In this document: positions 12,732 through 27,374 of the stretch, piece by piece
Layout of the letters: each line of letters starts with the position of its first letter
How positions within the stretch are numbered: the first letter of the stretch is position 1
DNA from: Aplysia californica
Taxonomy: Eukaryota
Direction: 5' to 3'
Length of the DNA: 64,000 nt
Assembly: GCF_000002075.1 (NCBI RefSeq)
Contig: NW_004797475.1
Coordinates: forward strand, 241,017 to 305,016
The notes under the pieces: generated by a model
The model's database searches: none
Told to the model about the DNA's origin: nothing
Seen by the model: the letters and a program-made list of their open reading frames with translations, nothing else
Program-made: the position numbers and the translations under genes

Positions 12732-14938
12732 TACTCAGGTAAAAAACTTATTGATATTCCCTTGTAATTGTGACAATTTGAACACATTTTGCATGAAACT
12801 ATTAAAACATTTTTTTTAAAAACAAACAAACAAAAACTGTCGCACAACATGTGACCATGATTATGATATCTGATTTCCATGAAAGGGTAAATTATTTAAA
12901 ACAGTACAACCGTTTTTATCAAAAAGAGGTGAGATGTCAGATCTTCAACCAAAACTCTTTCCTTGGCTTGGAAAAGGTTCATCATTGACCCTGAGCCCCT
13001 CCGAGCAATGAGATAACCAAGTCGACAGGTCTAGAGACTATAAATGACAATGGATTTGTTTACATACATGTATTCGCGGGCAGTATTGCATACAGACGTA
13101 TCTCAAAGGCCGCTTAAAATGACTTACGTCTGTATGCAACACTGCTCGCGTATTGTGTTGCATCAGAAAAAGCATCAATGAACATTGGTCCAAAGAGAAT
13201 TCTGGCTCAATCCGCAAACTCATGCTTATTATATAAACATCACAAGGGTTTGCAGGATGAGCAACTGAGCGATTGATAATTGTAAACAATGTAATACTCT
13301 CTGTATAAAAAAACAGCAATAAAGATAAGATATTTATATAAACCCAAAAAATTGTTTTTCCTTTTTTTTGTCTATATTATTACATTACTTTTCCCATTTA
13401 TAAGTCAATTTGAGAAAGGGAAAGCAGTATTTGCTGATAAATTTAACAACCCGTTGGACCACATCCAGGGAATTTCAACGGAAAAACTCAAGTCCTCTAG
13501 CAGGACAGCAGACTGAACGGAATCATTCCGGGAAGCACACACACACAAAAATAATAATTCGGATCTCAGTATCCATGACATGAAACATAATGGGAAACAG
13601 CTAACACACTTTATCCACAGCTCCATAAAAAAAAACATTTGTCTATCAACATTCAAATTTTCGTTGTCCCCAGAACATGCCATTGTTCTCTTAAACTTAA
13701 ATGTACAGTATGCTGCATCTACATAGATAATCCTTGCTGTGATCAGATTCAGTGTACAGCTCACCATTAACTACTCACAATAGTCACATCTCTTGTTTGT
13801 TTGTTGTAGTGTCAGAAAAAGACACAGAGAGATGACAAAGAAATGATAGTAAATGCACAGAAGATTTGCAAACACTCCATACTTTCTGATCATACACAAG
13901 TAACATTCATCTCAGAAACAAAATGTAAATTCTTCATCTCAACAAAGCATGCAAAAGGCCAAAAACACGCTCACGTCAAATTTTTTAAAAAGGTAGATAT
14001 TAGTAATATTATCTGATAAAATTATCAGCTGTATAATAGCCACATTGAAAAATGCTTGGATATCAATGGACACATTTTTTTTTACTGTCACTGCCACACT
14101 ATCCACTAAACTTGAGGGGAACATAAAAACGCATAAAAAATAATACTAGTCATTCGTACTATTACAACCCTAAGCATTTTTGTCCCTTCATATCTTCTGC
14201 AGTAGGCCACAAATTCAGACAAAACGTTCTTCCAAATAAAATTGTGTTCACCTAAAGTAATATGTACAAAATATACATTATAAATAGCCAAGCTCAACCC
14301 ACAACATATGAGAATTTGTACACAGATAGAAAAATAGAACAGTTTATGCCATTTTTCAACTCAATCTCTCACTCGTCCTAATTTAAAAACTTTACAGACA
14401 GACAGACAGACAGTCAAAAAAACATTCACGTCACTGATCATGCGCTTAAGACTATAGCAATACTTTGAATACGCCACAGATAAAGCAGTCCCTCTTTTTA
14501 TAAACCTAAAAGTCAGTTGTTGCTTACACAAAGATATTGTATACTGTCTACATATCCAGAGCAAACCTTATTTGCATTCTTTTACCAAAACAAATTTACA
14601 AAATGACTAGCATTGGATGAAGACAGCAAAAATCCCAATCTCTCATACTTAGTTTGAATCTAAAAGCTCCTGTCATCTTATAAGAGACTAAACCGGTATA
14701 TATGATGAATCTGCCCTGAGGGCATTAGGGAGTCTGGCATGCAGAGGCAGCTAAAACTAGTCAGAGGAAGCTCCAGAACAAAAAGATTATGTATCAATAA
14801 TAATAATAACAGATTGCATTTATAAAGCACACATCTCAACTAAAGAGTAGGCTCTATGAACTTTGCAATTTATTAAAGACGGAACCCTCCGGCTAAGAGT
14901 CCCTTGCATAAAGATCATAACTATGTCACAAACAGCTG

Positions 14939-17900
14939 TTAGCGATGAATTCCCATCCATATAAGACCAGCACAGCCAATAATCGACCCCGCCTTCCAGT
15001 ACAGATCTCGGGACTGCTTGAACCAATTAGCCACAGCGAATGCTCCACCCCATAACAGGAAGGAGGGAAGAACATACGTCAGAGGTAAAGGCTTTGTTAT
15101 GGCTTCACCGGGAAACTTTGCTTCCTTGTCCGAAGGAGCTGAGTAGAAATAATTCAACAATCTGTGGAAAGAGGAAGACGGGCTTATCAAAATGACAGCA
15201 GAGTAGTCTGTCATAGGTTTGAATTTAACTCTCTCGAGGTAGTCTGTAATATCTAGGAAAGACATAACTTAATTTTTTTTTTTTAAGAGGCTCAATGTCC
15301 AAACCAAGAACTGTACAATTACTCATAAATCCAAATTGTACAAAATATTTTTTTAAATTTATTTTTTATGCAAACAATAATCATTCCCGTGAAAAGGTTC
15401 ACTCACTCCTCCCCATTCTCAACCTCAAACTCAAACATTATGCACCTACCTTTGATTCATTTCTCATCCGCAGAAACAGAACTGCTTATTTTGTTTGAGT
15501 ATGACGCCCGGTTGGCCCAGCTGACTACATTTACATTCTTGAACAGTCTCAATTCAAGAGTCTATGTCTAGTTTTATTATTATATTAAATACAAAATTCC
15601 TCAGATAAAAAGTTTCGTCTAGTAAGGACATCCATATTTCATAATATAATGTTAGCCCACAAAATTTTTAGTGTATTAAACTGTACGCTTTTTTTTTACT
15701 TGCTATATTTGAAGGCTGCTCAGACAACAACTATGACATCAAGTTAGGAGCCCAAAAACATGACAGGAATTTCCAGGTACTACCAAGCAAAGAAAAGAAA
15801 AATGTGTCTCAGGTCTACCACAGTCAAATATTCGAAAAGGATCATATGAATACCCTTTTCAACTCTGTCCATTGCTCATAAACTTGAACTTTGACAAACA
15901 GGGTATAACATTAAAGTTTAGGATGAAAAGGATGAGTAAAAGTTTTTTGTCTGACAGCTCTTCAAACAAAAGAGTTCTCAAAATGAATAATTTACTCTTT
16001 ACAGTAAAAGACATCTTCATTATTTTAACGGAATCATAAAAATATTAAGACACAAAAAGATCTTTCAGTCAAGTGTGAATGAAACATTTCCCCAGCAACA
16101 TTCAAGAGTGACTGACACATTAACAGCATAAGAAACGTAGATTCACTCAAACACGTAGAAGTGACGCACTTTTCCTTTTCTTGAAACCTCTGGTACAGCC
16201 ATGTCTTCAGCTCTTCGGGTTCAGAAGGTACATCAGAGATGGGAATGCGTTGGATGTGGACATGAACACGTTGAGAATGGCCCATGAGGAAGTCTAGGTG
16301 GGGACAAAATTGAAAATTAAATTTTCCTTATGGGAGTAAAGTAAAACAAATTCAACCAATGCTCATAAAGGCCCACAAAGCGAGAGTTTTTTGTTTTGTT
16401 TGTTTTAGTAGAGGTTTTACGGCGCTCGCAACTGCATAAGGTCATATGAGCGCCAACGGGTGGATGTCAACAGAGAAGTCCTTACAGGGAATCAGATTTA
16501 CTCTACTCACCTCTCCAGCTTCAACAGCACATAGTCTGCTTCGACTATCAAGGCACCCCGGAAATAGCAAGTCACAAGACTGTGACAAACAAACAAAAGA
16601 AGAAGAGGAAAAATGACAATAGTAAGGAGTAGGAAAGAAAAAACAGCAGCTCCCTGTTGCAGTTCAGGCACAGTTATAAGTATGACATTGATGAATCAGC
16701 CCATTTACAATTCTACTGTGCATAAGAACATGTTAATGTCTCCCCTTTGGGAATGGCCTAAAGACACTCCAGTCAGTAGCACCGCCCCAGGGGGTTAGCG
16801 AGAGTTTATTCAAGTTGCCCCGAAGACGACGAGAAAAAAGACAAAAACTAGTATCTACGAGGAGAAAATAATAGGTGTGGCATCGAGTTGAGATCAGGTG
16901 CTCGTCAAAATAATGAAACCAAAGATTATATTGGCATTTTTCAGCCAGTTTGTCTCAAATTTTTGTATTTTAGCTCAACATCTTTTATGTTCATTTTAAA
17001 ACACATTTAAGAGAGGATTTTACTGAAAAACATTGATTAAAGGAACAAAAAAAAAGTGAATTATCAGCCCCCCAGTACTCTCAAGCTATGGTAGTCACCA
17101 AACTTTGGCGGCCATTTTCTCGCTAATTTTACAACTGAAACCAGGCAACCCTCACCTCCTTCAATTACAAATATCTTGACTTCTATTTAAGATAATTTAG
17201 AATTTTTTCAACGAAAGCAAGACAAATGAACAAGCTTTAAGACAATACCAATAACTCCAAATGCAAAAAAATTGACGAGGCCTGATTCATGCACTACAGT
17301 TCTCACGGGGCCTGAACTTCTAAATTTATACACGAAAAGGTTGTTATTTCATTTTCAAACTATTTGAAACGCTTTTTACACATTTGTTCTTTTATCTTTT
17401 CTCTGCACCAGAATGTAATTTTGTTTTACTCTTTGTTCTTGCTACTGGATTTTAAGATTGTCTTCTTAACGCAACCTGTGCCTCTTTTTACTTTCATTGG
17501 GTTTTTTTTTATTGATTAAGCAAATTGGTAGATATTTCACACATAAACAAAAACCACATTTCCATGAAGGAAATCTGCAGATGCACAAACTCCAAAAAAA
17601 ACAACAACATAAAAACCGTCATCCTTATTGAATAAGTCTGCACATTAAAAAAAGTAAACAAGGATCATATCCCCCCCTTGACCTTGAAGTAGTTTGTGGA
17701 TACACACACTTCAAACAACCCCCCCCCTCCCCCCCCCCCCCCAATAGAAGCGATCTGCAGATACCTTGCATTGTAGGAGAAGGCCGACGTTGCCCTTTAT
17801 CATAGTCAAATGTGTTGCTGTACGCCAGAGTCACGTCATAGAGCGACTCTACGGAGTTCCTCAGCTGCTCCACACAGACTTGTACGGCTCGTATCCGTGG

Positions 17901-19495
17901 GTAGAGGACAGTATTCAGGGGTTCCAGGCCTGAAAAGCAAAAGACATTGTAATTTTAATAACAATGATAATAATTGCATTTATTTAGCACTTATTTGTGT
18001 TCTACAGCGTGCTCTATGCGCTTTACAGCTTTTATCACCCCAGCAGATCCTAGAATACTCAGAAACATTCTCTGCTTCCCGGGAAGCATACAGTGCAAGC
18101 TGCTGATTTCACGCGCTTTAACACTCACAAACTGACAAGATTTTTCACGGTCTATAGCTGGGTATCCATTTCCACCTGGGTGAATGGGGAAAATCGGTTG
18201 AAAGAGCTTTTCCCAAGGACACAACGACAGGCCCCTGACGGGATTTGAACCCATCACTGTGTGGTTGTGAGTCCAGGAGCCTAACCACTGTGCCATGAGC
18301 GCCATTTTAGTCATGCAATACAATCTGGGCACTTTAGTTAAGGTATGCATCATGTGCATTGACTACATGATCATCTTGTCATGGTGTAGACATATTTCGA
18401 TGGCCTGCCATTACAAATTATTTGTGGCGTTTGTAAGGATGAGAGTGTATGACAGGGTACAGCATCACTGTTCCTTGACTATTTCTTTAGTCATGAATAA
18501 TGAGAGTTTCAAAGATAGTGTTGCAGAGCAACAATATCAATCGAATAGATTGACCTAAATCATCAAGGAATTATGTCTCATTACATTTGCTTTAAAGTAG
18601 TCTGGAATACCTTGAAAAGTTGGTAAAATTTCATTTCAAAAGAAAACATGGCAACTGAAACACACTTTCACAAAAGAACAAAAAATGCAGACGCTGAAAA
18701 ACCCAACAACTTCTTCCAACAAAGGTGAAATATTAATGCAAATTTAAGCATGAAATTTTCATAGGGGCAATATTGTAAAATGTTTTTGATTCTCTAATAT
18801 AGGCAAAAAAAGTTGTTTTTTTTCTCTTAAAATCCCAAAACCAATCTATGATAAAAGAAAACTGGCAGCAGGAAAGACCAAACTTACTTAAGATCTAAAC
18901 CAAAGCCTGGCATTCACTTCTGTTCAAGGAATGTTAAAGAATGTTTTGGAAAGAAAAGTTGTTTCTTTGCCAAGCTGCAGGAAGAAAGAAGTAATTTCAT
19001 TAACTTTAACTTGACCTCACCTTCCTCTTTCTTTATGTTACAATACAATCTTAATTCTTTAAAGCTTTTAAGTCCAAAGAAAACACAATAAAACTTATTC
19101 ATAACAGTTAATTCACTATAGAAAATTGCTTACCCTGACTCTGAGTAAACTGTTTACTCTCCTCAATTACGTTAGGCAATTCCGGATTAAAGCGAGTTCC
19201 CTCTGGAAATATTACCAACCACATCTGTAAGAACAAAACAAGACATTATGATCAGAATGTATGCTCAAGGGGCTCCATTAATGCCTCATTCTAGGAGATA
19301 GAAAGGGGTATGATGGTAAAGAGGTAACAACTATACCCACTAGGAGATGATAACTTAACTGGGTACCAGAATACGACTTTGTATTTGTGAGAGATCAAGG
19401 TATGAGAAAGATTTTTGTTGGCACCAAAACAAACCAACGTCCTGAAAAGAGAAAATAATTCATTGGGGCGGAGGGAGGGAGAGAGAGAGAGAGAG

Positions 19496-19538
<43 letters not shown>

Positions 19539-19656
19539 NNNNNNNNNNNNNNNNNNNNNNNNNNNNNNNNNNNNNNNNNNNNNNNNNNNNNNNNNNNNNN
19601 NNNNNNNNNNNNNNNNNNNNNNNNNNNNNNNNNNNNNNNNNNNNNNNNNNNNNNNN

Positions 19657-19701
<45 letters not shown>

Positions 19702-22700
19702 TCCATGGTGAAACTTTTAATTACATGCTTGGGAACACCAAGCAGTCCCTTTCCTTAACATAAACTCACAGGTTTTTTATCTTTGGCATCTCGAGATAAC
19801 TGCTTCTCTGCTTTCTCCTTGCTAAATCTTCCAGCTCTTTTCACAAAAACTGAGCCATGCTGTAAGAGAAGGAGAAATTACAATGTTTAGAAATTTCTTT
19901 TAATTCTATGGTACCATAAAACATAACTTTTTTCTCAAAACCACATTCAACTGTCCCCATTGTATATGAAAACATTTCAGTGCTCTGCAGTTTATAGGGG
20001 TACACATAATTTATATTTCTTTTTTTTTTTCTTGTTTCTTCAAATTTCCCTAACATAGAAATACAACACTAAAAATACATGGTATTTAACACAGTGTTCT
20101 GACTTGTAAGTTCAGAAAACACTGCCTTAACTCCTTATCTCTGGCAAGACGCTCCCAGCGGTCAGAACCGTTGTACCAGTGATCCGATGCCAGCAGCTCT
20201 GACAAATTGTTGCGACGACAACAGCATTATATTAATTTTTTGCAGTAGATTTGTCTCTGTTACAGAGTTTTTAAAAAATAAGATGAAGAACTATCAAAAT
20301 AAATTCATTTGTTTTGATTTAATGGCCAATTAAGTGATGTGTATGTCACTCAGGTATTGTACCAAAGTAGGGCTCCCATATTGTGGGAAAACCCCTCCAG
20401 AAATAAAAAGTTAAACATTAAACACAATCCTTTCCACTCACCATCCCAAGGTAAAATCCATACAAAGGCAAATATCTCAGGCCATCCTTCAACACATAAC
20501 GCAATCGGCCTAAGCTGCCTCGTCGTAGCGCCACAGAGCTGGCCATCACCCAGTCCACTAGAAAAAAACACAAAAACAAAACCAAACCCAAAATAGGTGA
20601 GAGAATAGTTTCCCACACCAACAAAATACCCATATCATTTCTTGTCAGTTTTTTATTGTGTGCTTTTAAATAAATGAAAACACAGCAGCTAATTGATAAA
20701 CTTAGTGACAGTTACAAAGTTTCAACTTTTTCTTTTGTGCTGATCAAAAGTAAGTTGTGGTATAGTCAGATATACCCTCAGATCTGTTTGTATCTATTTA
20801 TAATAAGCCAGAGCCTCATTTCTAGAGACTGACTGTCACTGCTCTTAAAAAGAGTACGTTTAAAAAATTCAATACAGTAGTCTCCGCCTAAGATCCCGGT
20901 GCTCGGGAGCAAGAAAAAGCGGGATCTTAAGCGAACCGGGATCTTAACCGACGAACCCAGGGAAGAATCTATGGTGACCCATGTTAAGGCCCACAATCAG
21001 TAAAATGGTCTCCCTCCACTCTAAAATGAACTGACGTGACCGCTTGGTGGGTTTATGACGTATGGCGAGCAAAGAGTGGTTAACCTTGATGACCTATCAC
21101 AGGGCATAGTGGGATGAGGCGTGCCATTTTCACTTATTATCCTATCATGAGGCTCAAGATCTACGCTTATCAAGTCGCCCCTCCCCTCCCCCTTACCTGT
21201 CGAAAATGTACAGCTTTCCATCTCCCCCAACCGCCTTTGTCGTTACACACTATTACGTTGTGAACACACCAATCAGTCTGTCTCGCAAATTCGGGAGTAG
21301 AATCTGAAACAACTTCTCCAATGGTCAGGGAAGAGTTCACAGTTCAATGTGATCCCGTCAGGAGCGAACGTGTTGGCCCTACCCACCCAGCGAGTAATGT
21401 AAGTTTAGGGGGATAGCTCAGGTGTGAGTGAGATGTTCGGGGAAATCAAACGCGTCGGTTTATTGATCTCAAATTTTCACTCTTGGTTGATCGACTGTCC
21501 CGCCCGGGGTTTTTTCCGCAAATTATGATCTGAAATGCGGGATCTTAGCCGAATGTAGACCTTCAGAGTGAATCAGAGCGGGATCTTAGGGGTGACTTTT
21601 GTATAGTAAAAATTATGTTTTCTTAAAACAGCGGGATCTTAAGCGAACCGGGATCGTAAGCGGTGGGATCTTAGGCGGAGACTACTGTATCTATAACTGA
21701 ATATATGTCTCACCCGTGCATTGATGATTGGAGATATACAGTGCGTTTTCACCAAGGACCAGCTCTTTCATGGACTCTGGGTCACCATAGAACATCAACT
21801 GACAATAAAAGGAAACAGAAAAATCACATGACTTCCGTCAGATACACAACTCATTCTTTGCAAGCAAAGCCTCCAAATTACAGACACCCCTAAAGGCATG
21901 GAAAGATGAAATTTAGAAAACGTATATGAGCACAGTAGTGGAAATCATTACATATACATGTAAAAAAGTATTACGGTATACAGAAATACACTCAACTGTG
22001 CACCCATGTAAAAAACTTGTAAATACTCTAAATTATGATCTACACTTAACACTTGTATCAGAAATAGTCTGTAATTTCACTATTGTCAGTTGATTCATTT
22101 CTTCACAAGAAAGTTTTATTCCATAACAGTAAAGTCCACAAATCTCGAACATGAAAGTCACGAATTCTCGGGTATCTCAAACATAATACTCGGTCCTGTT
22201 TCAGTCCCAATGTTTTCTTTGTATCGACTTGACAAAGTTCCCTAACACGCTACACTCAAATCTCGAACAAATCCACTTCGCATTCTCAACTACAAACCCG
22301 GCTCTACAGCCTTTCTAGCCGCGGGTAGGTGATTCTTTGTTATTGCTACAGCCAAAACGTGGTTCTTGTCTCACCACGAGAGGGGAAGAGGGGTTGGGGA
22401 GTGATGCTTACTGCACCACATGACTGGCTCACCACACATGCAATCATGCTGTGGGACACGTGCGGTGCCGATGGCGAGAGGCGTAATTTTCTGTAAGCCA
22501 ATTAAATGAGAGGAAAGGAAAGACATAGGAGTCGGCTATGCAAATGGGATGTTTTCTGCTTTTCACTTTCATTCATCTTCTTCCTTTCAGACCATCCACA
22601 CGTTCATCAGGGGAGCTAACCATGTTAATTGTTTTAATGTTCTTTTTCACCTTCCTTGATTTTCTCTCTATTTCTTTGTATTTGGGGCTTTCATAGACAT

Positions 22701-23367
22701 GACAAATTACAAAAATCTCGAACTCTATTTCCAATCCTTGACGAATTCAAGTTACCCATATTTGACTATATATATATATATATGTGTGATGGTACAGGAA
22801 ACCCTTCAAGCAGGTTTCAAAAACTAATATCAACATTAAGAAAGTTTTATGAAGTTCCATCTTGTCTTTAAAGCAGTTTGCTTTTTATTTGAAGTCTTTT
22901 TTTTTAGATTTAAAGTTTTGAAGGCTAAGTACATTGAGAGCAATCTTTTGCTTTTGAGAAAGCCAGCTTTTCATCTATCTAAATACCAATGCTTGTAACT
23001 TCTCCTTCACCAATAATATAAGCATGGAATTACCAATAAAAACTCTAACTGCAATTCATTCTTGAGGCAAGTTAAGTTAAAATTACTGTTAAGCATACAG
23101 CCAAACTTATCTTCCATGAATGGCCCCAAGCCTAAACTAAACTGCACCTACCTCTGTGCCTGTAAGCGTTTCAAAACAGAATAGAACATTCCGCTTGTAA
23201 GTGGAGAACAAAAAATCGTCTCCCTTCACATAAACCCATCGAGGAAGAATGGCAGAGAGTGCTCGCCAAGCGGTCCACACTGTAATGTATGCGGGAGCTG
23301 CTCCAATCATAAACGTGGTCGGGACCATCCATCGCAGGTTCTGAATGAGGATCACTACTGTCAGCAT
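14939..23367 (-). CDS. AGPAT5: 1-acyl-sn-glycerol-3-phosphate acyltransferase epsilon (LPAAT-epsilon), complete, 369 aa
   Basis: Eight coding exons: 23367-23152, 21798-21714, 20557-20442, 19859-19770, 19224-19134, 17929-17765, 16293-16170, 15161-14939. Total 1110 nt, all GT-AG, phases consistent. Motifs NHQCTVD (HX4D), LRYVLKDGLRYLPLYG, IFPEGTR and YDVT are present, and the protein is colinear with vertebrate AGPAT5. Confidence 0.95.
16390..16796 (-). mobile_element. 5'-truncated retroposon (probable I/Nimb-clade LINE 3'UTR) in an AGPAT5 intron
   Basis: 11-bp TSD AGCGAGAGTTT. Tail GGCGCTCATATGACCTTATGCAGTTGCGAGCGCCGTAAAAC followed by CAAA repeats. Confidence 0.7.
17958..18303 (-). mobile_element. 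tRNA-derived CORE-like SINE with an L2-type (ATT)n tail
   Basis: A box TGGCACAGTGG, B box GGTTCAAATCC, central GTTGTGTCCTTGGGAAAAG...CACCCAGGTGGAAATGG, an ATT-rich tail and an ATTTTA direct repeat. Confidence 0.8.
20875..21687. mobile_element. pogo/Tc1-like MITE in an AGPAT5 intron
   Basis: Perfect 23-bp TIR CAGTAGTCTCCGCCTAAGATCCC, TA TSD and GGGATCTTA subterminal repeats. Confidence 0.9.
22127..22768. mobile_element. Decayed pogo-like MITE
   Basis: CAGTAAA start, TTTGACTA end and repeated ATCTCGAAC motifs. Confidence 0.45.
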
Positions 23368-23619
23368 TTTGAACCTGTGAAAATAATTATCAATAACGGT
23401 CCATAATGAAAAATGATTTTTATTTTTATTGACCAAAAATCCCAACCCATGTGTATAAATTATGGCAGGTGCTAGCCACCCGACCTCAGGTGGCGAGCAT
23501 TTTTCTGCCCACCCGGAACCGGTCACCTAACACTAACTGCCCAGCATTTATTTCACAGTCAACAGGGTGTGTAGTAGCTCTGTGACTAGAAAAGAAGCCT
23601 CACAGCCTCTGTTCTGTTC

Positions 23620-23688
<69 letters not shown>

Positions 23689-24400
23689 NNNNNNNNNNNN
23701 NNNNNNNNNNNNNNNNNNNNNNNNNNNNNNNNNNNNNNNNNNNNNNNNNNNNNNNNNNNNNNNNNNNNNNNNNNNNNNNNNNNNNNNNNNNNNNNNNNNN
23801 NNNNNNNNNNNNNNNNNNNNNNNNNNNNNNNNNNNNNNNNNNNNNNNNNNNNNNNNNNNNNNNNNNNNNNNNNNNNNNNNNNNNNNNNNNNNNNNNNNNN
23901 NNNNNNNNNNNNNNNNNNNNNNNNNNNNNNNNNNNNNNNNNNNNNNNNNNNNNNNNNNNNNNNNNNNNNNNNNNNNNNNNNNNNNNNNNNNNNNNNNNNN
24001 NNNNNNNNNNNNNNNNNNNNNNNNNNNNNNNNNNNNNNNNNNNNNNNNNNNNNNNNNNNNNNNNNNNNNNNNNNNNNNNNNNNNNNNNNNNNNNNNNNNN
24101 NNNNNNNNNNNNNNNNNNNNNNNNNNNNNNNNNNNNNNNNNNNNNNNNNNNNGTCGGGGGGGGGGGGGGGCATCCCCCCCTGAAACCCTCCATGTAAAAA
24201 ATAAGTTAATTATTACAACGCCACTGGTCCTAGTTCTGTTTTCAAGCTTCAATAACTCAGTAACTATTGATTTACGGCAAAAATGAAGGCCATATTCTAT
24301 TTGTGTTTGGCATGCAAAATACTACTAGATATATAATCTAGATCTAGAAATAAAGCATATTCAAACGAGTACATGAGACGGGTGTATTAGTTTTAAAAAA

Positions 24401-25977
24401 CACTGTGTCTACGTACACGGTTACCGTGTACGTAGCCTCGGGGTCAACGTACACGGTAACCGGGCACGTAAACTAGCCTCAGTGTCTACGTACACGGTAA
24501 CCGGCAACCGGGCGCGTAGCCTCAGTGTCTACGTACACGGTAACCGGGTATGTAGTCTCAATGTCACACACACGGTAACCGGGTATTTAATTTTGTTGGG
24601 GAGGGGGGGGGGCTTGAGCTAGGTGCACAATAACTGCTTTGCTCTCTTCATGACGTTGACCTTTTTCCTTTTTCACCGTATAGTCCCAATATCACACACA
24701 CGGTAACCGGGCACGTAGCGTCAGGGTCTACGTACACGGTAGCCGGGCACGTAGCGTCCGGGTCTACGTACACGGTAGCCGGGCTCGTAGTGTCAGGGTC
24801 TACGTACACGGTAACCGGGTGTGTAGTTTCAATGTCACACACACGGTAACCGGGCACGTAGCCTCAATATCTACCAGCACGGTAACCGGGTATTTTGTTT
24901 TGTGGGCGGGCGCTTGAGCTAGGTGCACGGTAACTGCTTCGCTCCCTTCGTGACCTTGACCCTTTTCCTGTTTCACTCCGCTTTTTATGTCCCAAAACCA
25001 CGAAAATTATCCCAATCTACTCCCCGTCATCTTTCCTAGTTTAGTTTAGTTTTAGCAGAGGTTTTACGGCACTCGCAACTGCATAAGGTCATATGAGCGC
25101 CAGAGAATTAGAGGTGTTACAAGAGAGTAACAAACATAAAAAAGAAGAAGGTGAAATAAGGACGATAGATGTTTGATAGAAAAGAAGGAGCAAACCACAC
25201 CAGAGCCCCCACCCGCCAACCACCCACGTCATCTTTCCTTAGGGAGGGCAAAATTCAGTGNNNNNNNNNNNNNNNNNNNNNNNNNNNNNNNNNNNNNNNN
25301 NNNNNNNNNNNNNNNNNNNNNNNNNNNNNNNNNNNNNNNNNNNNNNNNNNNNNNNNNNNNNNNNNNNNNNNNNNNNNNNNNNNNNNNNNNNNNNNNNNNN
25401 NNNNNNNNNNNNNCAGGTTCCCCCCCCCCCCCCCCCCGACTGTACCTTTAAAAAAAAATCAATAATTCCCCCCCATTCCGGAACCCTATACACACTTTGA
25501 ATGAACTTTGGTGACCCCATGCGATCACTGGTACTCACAATGTGATGCGAAGGTACAGGTCCATTGACCGGTCACGATGTCGAGCCCGACAAGACGCTTG
25601 TGTAACTTTCTTTTTTTTCAGCAAGTGAAAACACAGGACAATGATTTATCTGGGTGGTAACGAAAGCCAAAGTAGATCGAGCTTCGGTACCAGGCATACA
25701 CTTACGCTTGCCGCCAAAGCGCCATGTTCATACCAAAAACTATCTTTTGTTTTCGTAAAAGTTAGAACTTGCAACACAATAAGTTCATATAAGTGCCGAA
25801 GATTAGAGGTGTTAGTGTTACAAGAGAGTAACAAACACAAAAAGAAGGAAAAGAAAGATAAGGATGACAGATGTTGAACAGGAAAGAAGGAGCAGACCAC
25901 ACAAGAGTACCCACCAACCACCCACTAATACTATCTTTACACACACCACACTTACAATCACACACAAAAATACATTA

Positions 25978-26048
<71 letters not shown>

Positions 26049-26153
26049 TTGAGACAGATTGAGACAGAGAGTGAGAGAATAGAGAGAGAGAGGGGAAAAG
26101 TAAAAGAGATAGAGTGAGAGATGGGAAAAGTAAAAGAGATAGAGAGAGAGGAG

Positions 26154-26216
<63 letters not shown>

Positions 26217-27374
26217 NNNNNNNNNNNNNNNNNNNNNNNNNNNNNNNNNNNNNNNNNNNNNNNNNNNNNNNNNNNNNNNNNNNNNNNNNNNNNNNNNNNN
26301 NNNNNNNNNNNNNNNNNNNNNNNNNNNNNNNNNNNNNNNNNNNNNNNNNNNNNNNNNNNNNNNNNNNNNNNNNNNNNNNNNNNNNNNNNNNNNNNNNNNN
26401 NNNNNNNNNNNNNNNNNNNNNNNNNNNNNNNNNNNNNNNNNNNNNNNNNNNNNNNNNNNNNNNNNNNNNNNNNNNNNNNNNNNNNNNNNNNNNNNNNNNN
26501 NNNNNNNNNNNNNNNNNNNNNNNNNNNNNNNNNNNNNNNNNNNNNNNNNNNNNNNNNNNNNNNNNNNNNNNNNNNNNNNNNNNNNNNNNNNNNNNNNNNN
26601 NNNNNNNNNNNNNNNNNNNNNNNNNNNNNNNNNNNNNNNNNNNNNNNNNNNNNNNNNNNNNNNNNNNNNNNNNNNNNNNNNNNNNNNNNNNNNNNNNNNN
26701 NNNNNNNNNNNNNNNNNNNNNNNNNNNNNNNNNNNNNNNNNNNNNNNNNNNNNNNNNNNNNNNNNNNNNNNNNNNNNNNNNNNNNNNNNNNNNNNNNNNN
26801 NNNNNNNNNNNNNNNNNNNNNNNNNNNNNNNNNNNNNNNNNNNNNNNNNNNNNNNNNNNNNNNNNNNNNNNNNNNNNNNNNNNNNNNNNNNNNNNNNNNN
26901 NNNNNNNNNNNNNNNNNNNNNNNNNNNNNNNNNNNNNNNNNNNNNNNNNNNNNNNNNNNNNNNNNNNNNNNNNNNNNNNNNNNNNNNNNNNNNNNNNNNN
27001 NNNNNNNNNNNNNNNNNNNNNNNNNNNNNNNNNNNNNNNNNNNNNNNNNNNNNNNNNNNNNNNNNNNNNNNNNNNNNNNNNNNNNNNNNNNNNNNNNNNN
27101 NNNNNNNNNNNNNNNNNNNNNNNNNNNNNNNNNNNNNNNNNNNNNNNNNNNNNNNNNNNNNNNNNNNNNNNNNNNACCACTAGCCTACCACAGCCAATCA
27201 GCTTCTTGCTGACGGGCTGCAGTTAGCCGCATGTTGCCCGGTAACCGTGGCTGAGTGAACTATCTCTTGGACCTTCCGGTTACCATGTACGTAGACCCTG
27301 AGGCTACAGGCCCGGTTACCGTGTACGTAGACCCCGAGGCTACGTACACGGTTACCGTGTACGTAGACACTCCG
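24401..27374. mobile_element. Foldback/Mutator-like element whose long TIRs are built from ~36-bp tandem units
   Basis: Arrays of CACGGTAACCGGGCACGTAGCCTCAGTGTCTACGTA at 24401-24900, inverted at 27230-27374. The 9-bp direct repeat TTTAAAAAA lies at 24392-24400 and 27375-27383. A related solo end is at 59285-59433. Confidence 0.7.

Noticed and set aside
24401-24900. 36-bp repeats resembling a CRISPR array
   Set aside because: They are tandem units without unique spacers, there are no cas genes, the context is eukaryotic, and they are explained as foldback TIRs.
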